DNA of 64,000 nt from Alphaproteobacteria bacterium (lineage in GTDB: Bacteria > Pseudomonadota > Alphaproteobacteria > JAGOMX01): assembly GCA_041738135.1 (NCBI GenBank), contig JBGSQK010000020.1:18082-82081 (forward strand). The letters are read 5' to 3'. The translations under genes and the position numbers were made by a program. Positions within the stretch are counted from its first letter, which is position 1, and the number at the start of each line of letters is the position of its first letter. Below the pieces are notes generated by a model that worked only from the letters and a program-made list of their open reading frames with translations, did not search any database and was not told the origin of the DNA. Below, piece by piece: positions 18,971-28,905 of this stretch.

Positions 18971-21766
18971 ATGACAACGGATTATAAAGACTCAGTTTTT
19001 CTGCCTAAAACAGACTTTTCCATGCGGGCCAATCTTTCCCAAAAAGAGCCTGAGATTTTAAAGTCTTGGAATGATCGCAATCAATTTGCGCAGATGACAG
19101 AAATCCGTGAAGGTGCTCAGAAATTTATTCTGCACGATGGCCCCCCTTACGCCAACGGGCCAATTCACATTGGCACAGCCATGAATAAAATTTTGAAGGA
19201 CATTGTCAATCGTTCCTATCACCTGCTGGGACGTCAAATCGTTTACATTCCAGGCTGGGACTGTCATGGGCTTCCTATCGAAGCCAAGATTGAAGAAGAA
19301 TTCCGTAAGCAGAAAAAAACTCGCCATGATATTCCGGTCATTGAATTCCGCAAGGAATGCCGTGCCTATGCGCGTAAATGGATTGATGTGCAACGAGAGC
19401 AATTCAAACGCTTAGGTGTTTGGGCCGATTGGGATCATCCTTATATGACCATCGAGAAGAGCACCGAAGCCCAAATAGTCCGCGAGATGAGCAAATGTTT
19501 GCTCAATGGCTCCCTATACCGCGGCGAAAAGCCAGTTATGTGGTCCGTGGTCGAACAAACCGCATTGGCAGAAGCTGAAATCGAATACCATGACCATAAA
19601 TCTTCCTCAGTTTATGTGCGTTTTCCTATAGTTAAAGCAAGCTCTCCTGTATTTGAAGGTGCGGGAGCCGTTATCTGGACGACGACGCCGTGGACCCTAC
19701 CCGCCAATCGTGCCATCGCCTATGGGGATGAATTGGATTACGTTTTACTAGAAGTGGGAACTGTAGAAGAAAGCCTAGCCAAATCTGGCGACAAACTCAT
19801 TCTCGCCAAAGAACTGCAGGATGCGGTTTGCAAGCAACTGGGCATCACCGATTTCAAAATCGCCCACACATTCAAAGGATCCGAACTAGCCGGAACTATT
19901 TGCAAACACCCATTTGCAGACCAAGGTTATGACTTTGAAGTCCCCATGCTTCCAGGCGATCACGTCACCACCGAAGCAGGTACAGGCTTGGTTCATACAG
20001 CTCCAGCCCATGGTATCGAAGACTTTTATTTAGGTATGAAATATGGTCTAGAAGTGACAAAATTCGTACAAGGCGATGGCCTTTATTCTGATGACCTACC
20101 TTTGTTTGGCGGCCTCCATGTCTATAAAGCAGCAGGCCCCGTTATAGAAAAACTCATTGAAGTGAACGGCCTACTTTACCAAGGCGAAATACTGCACAGC
20201 TATCCCCATTCGTGGCGCTCAAAAGCCCCCTTGATCTATCGCACCACCCCACAATGGTTTCTATCCATGGAAAAAACCGGTTTGCGGGACAAAGCTTTAC
20301 AGGCCATTCGTGAAGTAAACTGGTTCCCAGAAAAAGGGCAACGTCGCATTGAATCTTTCGTGGAAGGAAGGCCAGACTGGTGCCTGTCCCGTCAAAGATC
20401 ATGGGGCGTTCCCATTGCTATCTTCATGCACAAGAAAACCCACGAACCATTAAGGGACGAAACAGTTCAAAACCGAATTGCTGATATTTTTGAGCAAGAA
20501 GGTGCAGACGTTTGGTTTGAAGGCGACAAAGCTCGCTTCTTAGGACCCGACCACAACCCTGACGACTACATACAAATCATGGATATTCTAGACGTGTGGT
20601 TTGACTCCGGTTGCAGCCATGCATTCGTTCTTGAAGCTCGCAAGAGCGAAGGACTCACCTGGCCAGCGGATCTTTACTTAGAAGGCTCAGACCAACATCG
20701 TGGCTGGTTCCAAACCTCATTGCTAGAAGCCTGCGGCACCAGAGGCAAAGCTCCCTATAAAAATGTACTCACCCACGGCTATGTACTGGACGACAAGGGC
20801 CGTAAAATGTCCAAGTCCCTAGGCAACGTGATCGATCCAGTCGCCATCGCTGACGAGATGGGCGTTGAAATGCTCAGACTTTGGGTTGCCAGCTCAGACG
20901 TCTCCGAAGACATCCGCATTGCCAAGGAGCGCATGAGTTATCAGCAAGACACCTACAGGCGCTTGCGCAATACTTTAAGGTACCTGCTAGGCGGTCTCAA
21001 AGACTTCAATGAATCAGAAAAAATCGAAACCTCCGCCATGCCCCAGCTGGAACAATGGGTTTTGCATCGACTATATGAACTAGACCAAACCATGCGCGAA
21101 TGCATCACCAATTTTGACTTCCAGAACTGGTTTACGGAACTGCACAATTTCTGTTCCGTCGATTTGTCGTCATTCTACTTCGATATCCGCAAAGATGTTC
21201 TTTACTGCGATTCACCAGACGACCTGACACGCCGTTCCATGAGAACCGTTTTTGATCAGCTGTTCAACTGCCTGACCACATGGATGGCTCCCGTACTTTG
21301 CTTTACCACAGAAGAAGCGTGGAGATGCCGCTACGGGGATGAAAGTTCTGTTCATTTACAGACCTTCCCCACAATTCCCGAATCCTGGAAAAATGCAAAG
21401 CATGCATCCCTGTTTAACGAAGTACGCAAATACCGCCGCCTGATGACCGGCGCCTTAGAAGGCGCTCGCGCAGATGGCGTCATCGGATCAAGTTTACAAG
21501 CAGTCATTGATATCTATGACCCAACGGGAGCATTACCTCAAAACATAGACTGGTCAGAAGTAGCCATTACCTCAGGCGCAGCAATTCTAAACCAACCAGC
21601 CCCGGAAGGCGCATACGGCATCAGCGATAACGAGAAAATCGGCATCGTGGTTAAACTCGCCCCAGGCGAAAAATGCCAACGCTGCTGGAAAGTTCTGGAA
21701 GAAGTTCATAACAAAGACTTATGTAATCGCTGCGATGAAGTGGTATCGAAACAAACCGCAGCATAA
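18971..21766 (+). CDS. ileS: Isoleucine--tRNA ligase
   Basis: MTTDYKDSVFLPKTDFSMRANL, the HIGH motif (PPYANGPIHIGTAMNK), KMSKS and a C-terminal zinc finger (CQRCWKVLEEVHNKDLCNRCDEV). The start is taken at the Met aligning with the E. coli IleRS N-terminus. Confidence 0.9.
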   Translation: MTTDYKDSVFLPKTDFSMRANLSQKEPEILKSWNDRNQFAQMTEIREGAQKFILHDGPPYANGPIHIGTAMNKILKDIVNRSYHLLGRQIVYIPGWDCHGLPIEAKIEEEFRKQKKTRHDIPVIEFRKECRAYARKWIDVQREQFKRLGVWADWDHPYMTIEKSTEAQIVREMSKCLLNGSLYRGEKPVMWSVVEQTALAEAEIEYHDHKSSSVYVRFPIVKASSPVFEGAGAVIWTTTPWTLPANRAIAYGDELDYVLLEVGTVEESLAKSGDKLILAKELQDAVCKQLGITDFKIAHTFKGSELAGTICKHPFADQGYDFEVPMLPGDHVTTEAGTGLVHTAPAHGIEDFYLGMKYGLEVTKFVQGDGLYSDDLPLFGGLHVYKAAGPVIEKLIEVNGLLYQGEILHSYPHSWRSKAPLIYRTTPQWFLSMEKTGLRDKALQAIREVNWFPEKGQRRIESFVEGRPDWCLSRQRSWGVPIAIFMHKKTHEPLRDETVQNRIADIFEQEGADVWFEGDKARFLGPDHNPDDYIQIMDILDVWFDSGCSHAFVLEARKSEGLTWPADLYLEGSDQHRGWFQTSLLEACGTRGKAPYKNVLTHGYVLDDKGRKMSKSLGNVIDPVAIADEMGVEMLRLWVASSDVSEDIRIAKERMSYQQDTYRRLRNTLRYLLGGLKDFNESEKIETSAMPQLEQWVLHRLYELDQTMRECITNFDFQNWFTELHNFCSVDLSSFYFDIRKDVLYCDSPDDLTRRSMRTVFDQLFNCLTTWMAPVLCFTTEEAWRCRYGDESSVHLQTFPTIPESWKNAKHASLFNEVRKYRRLMTGALEGARADGVIGSSLQAVIDIYDPTGALPQNIDWSEVAITSGAAILNQPAPEGAYGISDNEKIGIVVKLAPGEKCQRCWKVLEEVHNKDLCNRCDEVVSKQTAA

Positions 21767-21817
21767 AAGGTTGTTTTTATGCATACCTCGCTCATTCTCA
21801 ACAAATGGGCGGGGTAA

Positions 21818-22816
21818 CTATCCCTTAATGACTTTGACATAATCCTTAACTACGAAGAATTCTGCAGGCATCCCGTGCACATCATCGCGCAAATTGCTTC
21901 CGATTTCAGGATAGCCTTCTCCTGTTTCAAAGCTCTGAAACTTCAATGGCCCAACCAACTTCCTAGCCCTTTCTGAGATTCTATCTTCCGTAAAATTGCT
22001 GTCATAAACCAAACTGCAAGGGTTATAGGTATATTCAATTCCATCACGTTTTTCCACAGGGGAGCAGCTGATGCCCCTCAAAAAAGAAAAGTGGTTTTTT
22101 TGGGGACCGATGTCAACTTTGTATGGCCTTGAATTTAGAATAAAACGACTTTCATCTGTACCAGCGTCGATTAGCTCCTGGGTCTCTTTACGGGTGACCT
22201 CAGAGAGGGCAAAAACACTACAGCTGGCTAAATTAACACCCGGAAGGTAAATAGCGCCCTCTGGCTTAAGGAGTCTAACAATACGAATCATCCTAATTGT
22301 ATCCCATTCAGCAAATTTAAGCACAGACCAATCAAAATAGATCTTGCTTACAGGGCCATTAAATTTAACTTTGCCTGTATCTTGAGGAAGGAGCAGCGCT
22401 ATCAAATGATTCCAATCATCCATCTTGTTAAAGTCAGCATAAAAAATAGGGGAACGTTCATTGGCTGATCTAAAATCGACCCTTTCATCATTGGTGAAAA
22501 ATATTCGGACGGGTGCTTTAAAGGGGTACTGACCTACGCCATTCTCACGCGCTTCCCTTTCCCTGTCTTGATCGATCAATCTTTTCATATGGTTTTCATA
22601 AGGACCGGCACCAAGGACGATATGTAACTCTCGCCCTTCTTGTAGGGCAAACTGAGGTGCCCGCTCCAAGTAAACCTTGAGGTTTCTGTCCGCATTAAAC
22701 TGCTTGCTCAGCTCTACACTCCGAGCACTTTCTTGCTCATTATAAAAAGCTGTAGCGGAGGCAGCACTATTAAAGCCTAGGGCTAATAAGGAAATCGCAA
22801 AAATTTTCTTCAACAT
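21818..22816 (-). CDS. Hypothetical secreted protein with weak Rossmann/methyltransferase-like motifs
   Basis: The 332-aa ORF has a signal peptide (MLKKIFAISLLALGFNSAASA). Possible motif I-like (HIVLGAGPYE) and motif III-like (LLKPEGAIY) segments are seen. There is no confident family assignment. Confidence 0.45.
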   Translation of the reverse strand: MLKKIFAISLLALGFNSAASATAFYNEQESARSVELSKQFNADRNLKVYLERAPQFALQEGRELHIVLGAGPYENHMKRLIDQDREREARENGVGQYPFKAPVRIFFTNDERVDFRSANERSPIFYADFNKMDDWNHLIALLLPQDTGKVKFNGPVSKIYFDWSVLKFAEWDTIRMIRIVRLLKPEGAIYLPGVNLASCSVFALSEVTRKETQELIDAGTDESRFILNSRPYKVDIGPQKNHFSFLRGISCSPVEKRDGIEYTYNPCSLVYDSNFTEDRISERARKLVGPLKFQSFETGEGYPEIGSNLRDDVHGMPAEFFVVKDYVKVIKG

Positions 22817-23043
22817 ATTTTACTCCAATAAATATTCATCAGCCTATCTAAAATATGGGGCCAATTCGTAATGGCCTATATATATGATATATATGACTAG
22901 ATTTTAATCTGTCAAGTAATCTCGATTATTTTGATACATGGGGACTGCTACGTTAGTAAATGGTTCAGGGGCTTCCGGGACACTAAAAATCTGCAAACGC
23001 ACATAGCTTTCAAGTTTTTCATACCAGAAGGCGCATACGGCTC

Positions 23044-23185
23044 CATCGATAACGAGTATAGGCATCGTAGTAAAGCTCGCCCCAGGCGAAAAATGCCAAC
23101 GCTGCAGGAAAGTCTTAGAAGAAGTGCATAACAAGGACCTGTGCAATCGTTGCGACGACGTGATGGCAAACGAACCGCTGCCTAA
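23044..23185 (+). pseudogene. Displaced, frameshifted remnant of the ileS 3' end
   Basis: The fragment is about 85% identical at DNA level to ileS 21602..21766 (GAAGGCGCATACGGC...GCCCCAGGCGAAAAATGCCAACGCTGC...CATAACAA...), but an indel breaks the frame. It lies 1.28 kb downstream of the intact ileS stop. Confidence 0.8.
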
Positions 23186-23258
23186 AGATTTTTTTATCAC
23201 TTGCAACCTCGCTCTATCGCAAGATTAGAGCGAGGAAGCAAACAGAACGCATTCAAGG

Positions 23259-24146
23259 TTAGCGCTTCTTTTGAAGGTCTTTTTTAAGGCCTTCAATTGC
23301 GGATTTTATATTAACTTGGCCCAGTCTATAGATTTTATCCTGACAGCCATCGTCAAAGGTTTCCACATCTTCAAAAGGAAGACTTATTATAAAGTCAGCC
23401 CCTTTAAGAGCCAACTTTGAATGGTGCAAATAACTAATTTCCAGAGATCTTTTAGCAACACCAAACAAATGGTTGGGAGCTTTCTTACCGAGTTTACCGG
23501 ATAGATCAACGGCAATGACGTATTTAGCTCCTAACTGTCGAGCCGTCTCAACAGGACAAGGGCTAGCCACACCGCCATCCACGTAATACTGACCATTAAT
23601 ATTAACAGGCTGAAAGACGCCTGGATAAGCAGCAGATGCCATCACAGCATCGGTTATAGATCCTTGGCCAAAAGCTGTGGGGTCGCCAAATTCAAGATTA
23701 GTCGCCACCGCAACAAAAGGTATTTTCATTTCTTCTATATTTTTTGATTTCAAATGCTTATTTAGAAAATTCTCGAGAGCCACACCACGGGAGAGTCCGA
23801 ACGTAATGTTTCCAAAAGCGAAATCGAGCAAATCGCTACGAGTTTGTTTTAACAAGTCCTCCTTAAGACTTTCTAAATTGACCCCATCAGCATAAAAAGC
23901 ACCAATTATAGCTCCAGCGCTACATCCAACGATTAAATCAGGCTTAATTCCTGCAGCCTCTAATTCTTCCAAGATAGCAAGGTGAGCAATTCCTTTTACT
24001 CCACCGCCTCCAAGAACCAAGGCCGTATTAATGTTCTTGTAAGCTGGCAGCTTCGGATGGCTACACTTTTCATAATGTGAAAAATTCAAGCTGTAACAGC
24101 CCGATAAAAAGATAGGCAACAAAAGTGCAGTTAACTTAAGCCTCAT
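23259..24146 (-). CDS. Patatin-like phospholipase, predicted lipoprotein
   Basis: It has the oxyanion GGGxxG (GGGGVKG), the GxSxG nucleophile (GCSAG), a catalytic DGG (YVDGGV) and a lipobox LSGC in the signal peptide (MRLKLTALLLPIFLSGCYS). The start is taken at MRLK. Confidence 0.8.
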   Translation of the reverse strand: MRLKLTALLLPIFLSGCYSLNFSHYEKCSHPKLPAYKNINTALVLGGGGVKGIAHLAILEELEAAGIKPDLIVGCSAGAIIGAFYADGVNLESLKEDLLKQTRSDLLDFAFGNITFGLSRGVALENFLNKHLKSKNIEEMKIPFVAVATNLEFGDPTAFGQGSITDAVMASAAYPGVFQPVNINGQYYVDGGVASPCPVETARQLGAKYVIAVDLSGKLGKKAPNHLFGVAKRSLEISYLHHSKLALKGADFIISLPFEDVETFDDGCQDKIYRLGQVNIKSAIEGLKKDLQKKR

Positions 24147-24362
24147 CAAGCCTTCCAAATCAAATTGTATGTACATATATGTTTATTCTATATTTCACTA
24201 AAGACAATCTCACAACGGCATTACAAAATGGGATATAACTCGAAATTTCTATGTCAGTCAAGAATATTTCGGAATAAGCATCCGCTGATCTAATTGACTG
24301 CAACTTTTATCTGTTGTATCAGTTATTTTTGACAGACAATTCAAACTGTAAGACAAAGAATT

Positions 24363-25415
24363 ATGAACACAAATTTTACCTTATTTCTTCCAAAACAGAT
24401 GCCTAGCGAATGGCAGGAAATTCCCAAGTCACAATCATATCGAGAAGAACTGCCGCCATATAACATGCAAGACCCATCCACGCGAACCGCCTGGTCCAAT
24501 TGGAGTGGGATTCATAACTCCAGTTACAAAACGGATTTTATGCATCGATCAGGATCCATCATCCGCTGTAAACAGTATCTATACGATTTAGGCCCCTTGT
24601 CGGCGAGCGACCATGCGGCGCTTTATGACCATTTTCATTGGAGATTAGGCCACCGCATATCTGGTGATCGTATTTATTGGCATGGATACGATTACGCCGT
24701 AAAACCTGCCTTGACGTTTCAGGATTCGGGCACCAACATTGAACTACGGGTGGTTCAAGGCGAAGTGTCGACCGAGGAGCTCATTACATTAGCCGAGCAT
24801 CTGCAGCCGGAAAATGATCTGCTAAATAACACGCCTTTTGCTGAAAAAAGTTACTGGTCTCGTTATCCACGCTACGATCTAAATCTCTATATACCAGATT
24901 CCCAATACAAAATCCCTTCCAGCCTATGGAAACTCCGCTGGCCCTTATGGCAAGCAGAGCATCGTTGGGAATTGTTTGAAAAAGACTTGGTTTCAGACGT
25001 GATGAATCGCATATTGCAGGAACTAAGACAATTTGGATTTGAGTCCGACAGCATATGCACCTTTGGTGAACAGCTGGAAGTTCAACTATTTCTTAAGCAC
25101 AAACAGCATCCAAATATCCATGGCTGGCTCCGTCGCTTGAACTCAAAATCAAGCCCTCTCAAACAACCCAGGCCCGATCGCTTGCCTGAAATGGATTCCT
25201 TTAGTGGATTTACAGGATTCGGGATCAACGTACTGGAGTCATCCAAATTCGAGACACCCATTTACATAGCAAGCGTGAGCAAAGAAATTGGCCCGTTTGA
25301 CATCATTTGGTGGGACAAAGGTCATATGTATCTTGTTCAGATAGTAGCTTCAACGGAATTTGATTTGAAAAAAGTTCTTCTGCTGGCTGAAAGGATAGAA
25401 GGCAATCTTGAGTAA
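24363..25415 (+). CDS. Hypothetical protein (350 aa), no recognisable motif
   Basis: A long ORF in an accessory-looking cluster, Trp/His-rich, with no signal peptide. Confidence 0.45.
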   Translation: MNTNFTLFLPKQMPSEWQEIPKSQSYREELPPYNMQDPSTRTAWSNWSGIHNSSYKTDFMHRSGSIIRCKQYLYDLGPLSASDHAALYDHFHWRLGHRISGDRIYWHGYDYAVKPALTFQDSGTNIELRVVQGEVSTEELITLAEHLQPENDLLNNTPFAEKSYWSRYPRYDLNLYIPDSQYKIPSSLWKLRWPLWQAEHRWELFEKDLVSDVMNRILQELRQFGFESDSICTFGEQLEVQLFLKHKQHPNIHGWLRRLNSKSSPLKQPRPDRLPEMDSFSGFTGFGINVLESSKFETPIYIASVSKEIGPFDIIWWDKGHMYLVQIVASTEFDLKKVLLLAERIEGNLE

Positions 25416-25476
25416 TCTCAAGATGGCCTCTTAGCATTAATTTTGAGCATATTTCAAAACTCAAACGGATGTTAAA

Positions 25477-25610
25477 ATTCACCTCTCCCCTCTGTGGGAG
25501 AGGTCGGCCGCAGGCCGGGTGAGGGGGTCCTGCAGCAGTCTGGGAGCGGCTTGTAAGCACCCTCACCCCTCCGCTTCGCTCCGGACCTCTCCCACAAGGG
25601 GAGAGGCGAA
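25477..25610. repeat. MITE-like palindromic element, family C, copy 4
   Basis: TTCACCTCTCCCCTCTGTGGGAGAGGTCGGCC...GGTGAGGGGG...CCCTCACCCCTCCGCTTCGCTCCGGACCTCTCCCACAAGGGGAGAGGCGAA, sitting between convergent genes. Confidence 0.7.
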
Positions 25611-25629
25611 AAGCGGTTTCGAAAAGCCT

Positions 25630-26556
25630 TCAATTATCTAATCTAAGCGTCGTTCTCAACGCACCCATTATCTCATCCTGGCTGTCATACCTAGGTATGG
25701 TAATGTAGTCAACACCCCATAGGCAGTCTAAAACCGTCTTGATAATTGGACGCTTTGTGCCCATGATTTCTTTTATAGTCAATGCTTTGAGAGCTGGGTC
25801 ATGAGGCTTTTCAAGCAAGTCCAAGACCGCAACCAGTTCTCTGGCAGGCGTATGATTTGCTCTTTTTGCAGCATGTAACTGATTGTATGCCATTAAAGGA
25901 TTTACCACATCCACACCCAAAAATCTGAATGTATTGAGATACTCAACCCGGGCCATTGGATTTCTAATTTTATCAGTACACTTGAAAAAGTCAGCAACGT
26001 CTCCTTCTGCAAAATATGAGTCAAAAGCCGCTGCAAAGTCCAAAGCATGTGGTTGCAAAAGACTCATTTCTATACCGCCATAAAATTTGCCATGTAGCCA
26101 AGTACCGGCGCAATCCAAAGCAAATTGAGCTGCCCCTTCCTCTAGCTGTTTTGCATGATATAACATGTTCGGGAAATCAAATGATTCACCAAATGACATC
26201 AACATTTCTGTATAGAGCCATTGCAATGATTCTCCGGAAGTTTCGGCATTGTACGCAAGCTTCCTTAAAGCAAATAATGATCCTTCTCTAGCTTGGTATA
26301 TAAGATCATTTCTTTCCTCTAATTGTCTTTTACTTTCTTCTAATTGCTCTTCTCGTTGTCTCAAAAATGATTCGAATGATTCAATTGCGGCTTTTCCATC
26401 TGCTAAAAAATATTTAGCTACTGCACTATGGATGGGAGCAGTAAATTTAATTTTTACACTATCTGGTTGTTCAATATCACTTGCCATACATGTGCTGGAA
26501 AATGCTACGGATGAGACTAAAGCTAGAATTGTCAGTGACTTGCGTTTAAATTGCAT
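25630..26556 (-). CDS. Hypothetical secreted protein (308 aa)
   Basis: It has a signal peptide (MQFKRKSLTILALVSSVAFSSTCMA) and a charged coiled-coil segment (REEQLEESKRQLEERNDL). No family is recognised. Confidence 0.45.
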   Translation of the reverse strand: MQFKRKSLTILALVSSVAFSSTCMASDIEQPDSVKIKFTAPIHSAVAKYFLADGKAAIESFESFLRQREEQLEESKRQLEERNDLIYQAREGSLFALRKLAYNAETSGESLQWLYTEMLMSFGESFDFPNMLYHAKQLEEGAAQFALDCAGTWLHGKFYGGIEMSLLQPHALDFAAAFDSYFAEGDVADFFKCTDKIRNPMARVEYLNTFRFLGVDVVNPLMAYNQLHAAKRANHTPARELVAVLDLLEKPHDPALKALTIKEIMGTKRPIIKTVLDCLWGVDYITIPRYDSQDEIMGALRTTLRLDN

Positions 26557-26614
26557 TGAGATTCTCCCTGTTAGTTGGTCTGTTTGTTATAAACGATAAA
26601 GGTTAGTTTTTTAT

Positions 26615-27775
26615 TTATGCCGCCGTTCTCCAAGAATTTACATATTCTTCTAATTCTACCCCCATAGCCAATGAACCAACTTCTAATGCGTCTCGTGTGT
26701 CAATCATAACAGCCACTTCATCCGTTTCGGTTTTCAGGCCCGCATGGGATGCCAGATAAGCTTTAGGATGTGGTCCATGGGTAAATCCTGAGGGATGAAA
26801 TGTCACCATCCCCGGATGTATGTTATCCCGACTGAAGAAATTTCCTTTGTGATAGAACAAGACCTCATCATAATCGTCGTTGTTATGATAGAAAGGCACC
26901 TTAAGGGCACCCGGATCGCTCTCAAGAGGACGCGGACAAAATGTACAGACCACAAATCGATTGGTTACAAATGTGGTATGAGCGGAAGGCGGCAAATGAT
27001 ACCGGTGACTCATCACGGGGCGAATATCCCGCCAATTGATTCGCACTGGCATTAAATTTCCGTGCCAACCTACCGTATCCAGAGGATTAAACGGATAGGT
27101 TATGGTTGTGTACTGATCACGTCTTTTGACGATGACTTGCCATTGTTTCACATCAGATTGTTGTGCTAAGAATTCTTCGTCAATGACAGGTGCGTCCAAC
27201 TTAGCAGGATCAAATATGGCATGCCCGCCCAACATACCTTTGTCAGGCATTTTGTAGCTGTCCGAGGTAGCTTCAATCAATAAGGCTGAGATCGGTTCCT
27301 TCACATCGAGCCGCCACATGGTGCCGCGGGGCAGGACCACATAGTCCCCATCCCGGATAAAAAGATGGCCATAATCACAATAAAGATCCGCAGACCCTTC
27401 ATGCACAAATATAAGCTCATCACCGTCACCATTGCGCACCAATTGCTTCATAGATGAAGCGGTTTGCCAATAACGCATTTTAACATGTGAGTTATGCAGG
27501 AAGGTCGTCGCTTTCCAAGGACTTTCGCTAGAAACCTGAATTTTGTTGAGATCCAGTGCACGTGGTTTTAACGGCCCATCCCAATCAATCCAACCCGTAG
27601 GAGGATGCTTATGATGCATATGCGTTGCAGGTCCAAAAAACCCCTCGCGCCCTAATTCACGCTCATAGGTGTCTTGAGGAAAATCAGCATGAGCCTGCCG
27701 AGACGCCTGGCCTTCAATTCGTGAGAGAGAGATCCACTGTTTCATTTTTTTTATTCTCTTTTGTATTTGTAACAT
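26615..27775 (-). CDS. hmgA: Homogentisate 1,2-dioxygenase-like cupin dioxygenase
   Basis: RNGDGDELIFVHEGSADLYCDYGHLFIRDGDYVVLPRGTMWR and the C-terminal HPSGFTHGP resemble the HGD active-site regions. The start may be the internal MKQW. Confidence 0.6.
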   Translation of the reverse strand: MLQIQKRIKKMKQWISLSRIEGQASRQAHADFPQDTYERELGREGFFGPATHMHHKHPPTGWIDWDGPLKPRALDLNKIQVSSESPWKATTFLHNSHVKMRYWQTASSMKQLVRNGDGDELIFVHEGSADLYCDYGHLFIRDGDYVVLPRGTMWRLDVKEPISALLIEATSDSYKMPDKGMLGGHAIFDPAKLDAPVIDEEFLAQQSDVKQWQVIVKRRDQYTTITYPFNPLDTVGWHGNLMPVRINWRDIRPVMSHRYHLPPSAHTTFVTNRFVVCTFCPRPLESDPGALKVPFYHNNDDYDEVLFYHKGNFFSRDNIHPGMVTFHPSGFTHGPHPKAYLASHAGLKTETDEVAVMIDTRDALEVGSLAMGVELEEYVNSWRTAA

Positions 27776-27868
27776 GTTTAAGGGCAGTTTACTAGGCAGC
27801 TTGTTTATTTCATAGATTTTTATTGCGTTTTGAGGTATCTCTAAGCTGTATAATGCTTAGGATATGAA

Positions 27869-28891
27869 ATGACACAACCCATACACATGACAGACGTTGC
27901 CATAATTGGTGCCGGCCCCGTTGGCCTTTTTTCCATCTTTGAGTGCGGTATGCTGCGCCTGAAATGTCATGTTATTGACGCCCTTGATATGATCGGCGGC
28001 CAATGTGCAGCCTTGTATCCGGAAAAACCCATTTACGACATCCCAGCCCATCCGAGCATTTTGGCTCTGGATTTGGTAGAGAAACTCGGTGAACAAGCAA
28101 AACCCTTTGAACCCGTTTACCATTTCGGTCAGCGCGTTGAGGAAATTTCCAAACAAGATTCCGGTCGCTTCGTTATTAAAACATCGGCAGGCATTGAAAT
28201 CAATACGGGCGCAATTATCATAGCTGCAGGCGTAGGTGCCTTTGGACCGAACCGCCCGCCCCTTGAGGGCATAGAAGCGTATGAAGGATCATCCATATTT
28301 TATTTTGTTAAAAGCCGTGAAGAATTTCGGGGCAAAAGAATCGTCATCGGCGGCGGTGGAGATTCAGCGGTTGACTGGGCCCTGTCCTTAAGCGAAGTGG
28401 CAGAGCATGTAACCCTTGTACACAGGCGGGCCAAGTTCAGAGCAGCCCCCGAAAGCCTAGCAAGGCTCGAGTTCTTGGCAGCGGAAGGAAAAATAGACCT
28501 AGCAGTCCCCTACCAACTTTCAGGCCTCGAGGGTGAAAATGGTCAATTAACATCCGTAATTATAGAGGACTTAGATGGCCACAAGAAAACCGTCAAAGCC
28601 GATTGTTTGCTGCCGTTTTATGGTCTAGCCATGAACTTAGGACCCATTGCCAATTGGGGTTTAAGCTTGGATCGCAACCACATCACCGTCGACCAATCAA
28701 CCAGCCAAACGTCAGAAACCGGCATCTACGCCATCGGCGATATAGCCCATTACCCCAACAAGCTAAAGCTGATCCTAACAGGCTTTGCCGAAGCAGCCCA
28801 AGCAGCCCACTCCATCAGAGCTCTCCTACACCCTGATGAAGTGGTTCATTTCGAATACTCCACCACTAAAGGCGTACCGGGTCAGGGTTGA
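27869..28891 (+). CDS. Ferredoxin--NADP+ reductase, thioredoxin-reductase-like type (two Rossmann motifs)
   Basis: The FAD-binding motif is VAIIGAGPVGLF, the NAD(P) motif is IVIGGGGDSAVDWAL and GIYAIGDIA is present. There is no CxxC redox centre, consistent with TrxR-like FNR. Confidence 0.7.
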   Translation: MTQPIHMTDVAIIGAGPVGLFSIFECGMLRLKCHVIDALDMIGGQCAALYPEKPIYDIPAHPSILALDLVEKLGEQAKPFEPVYHFGQRVEEISKQDSGRFVIKTSAGIEINTGAIIIAAGVGAFGPNRPPLEGIEAYEGSSIFYFVKSREEFRGKRIVIGGGGDSAVDWALSLSEVAEHVTLVHRRAKFRAAPESLARLEFLAAEGKIDLAVPYQLSGLEGENGQLTSVIIEDLDGHKKTVKADCLLPFYGLAMNLGPIANWGLSLDRNHITVDQSTSQTSETGIYAIGDIAHYPNKLKLILTGFAEAAQAAHSIRALLHPDEVVHFEYSTTKGVPGQG

Positions 28892-28905
28892 GTGAGCTAA
28901 TAAAG

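Noticed and set aside
19058-19402. Antisense ORFs of 60-160 aa inside ileS, fadE, the RTX gene, maeB, pheT and the HK gene
   Set aside because: These are embedded antisense or out-of-frame ORFs within strongly supported long genes. They have no conserved motifs and are typical spurious ORFs.
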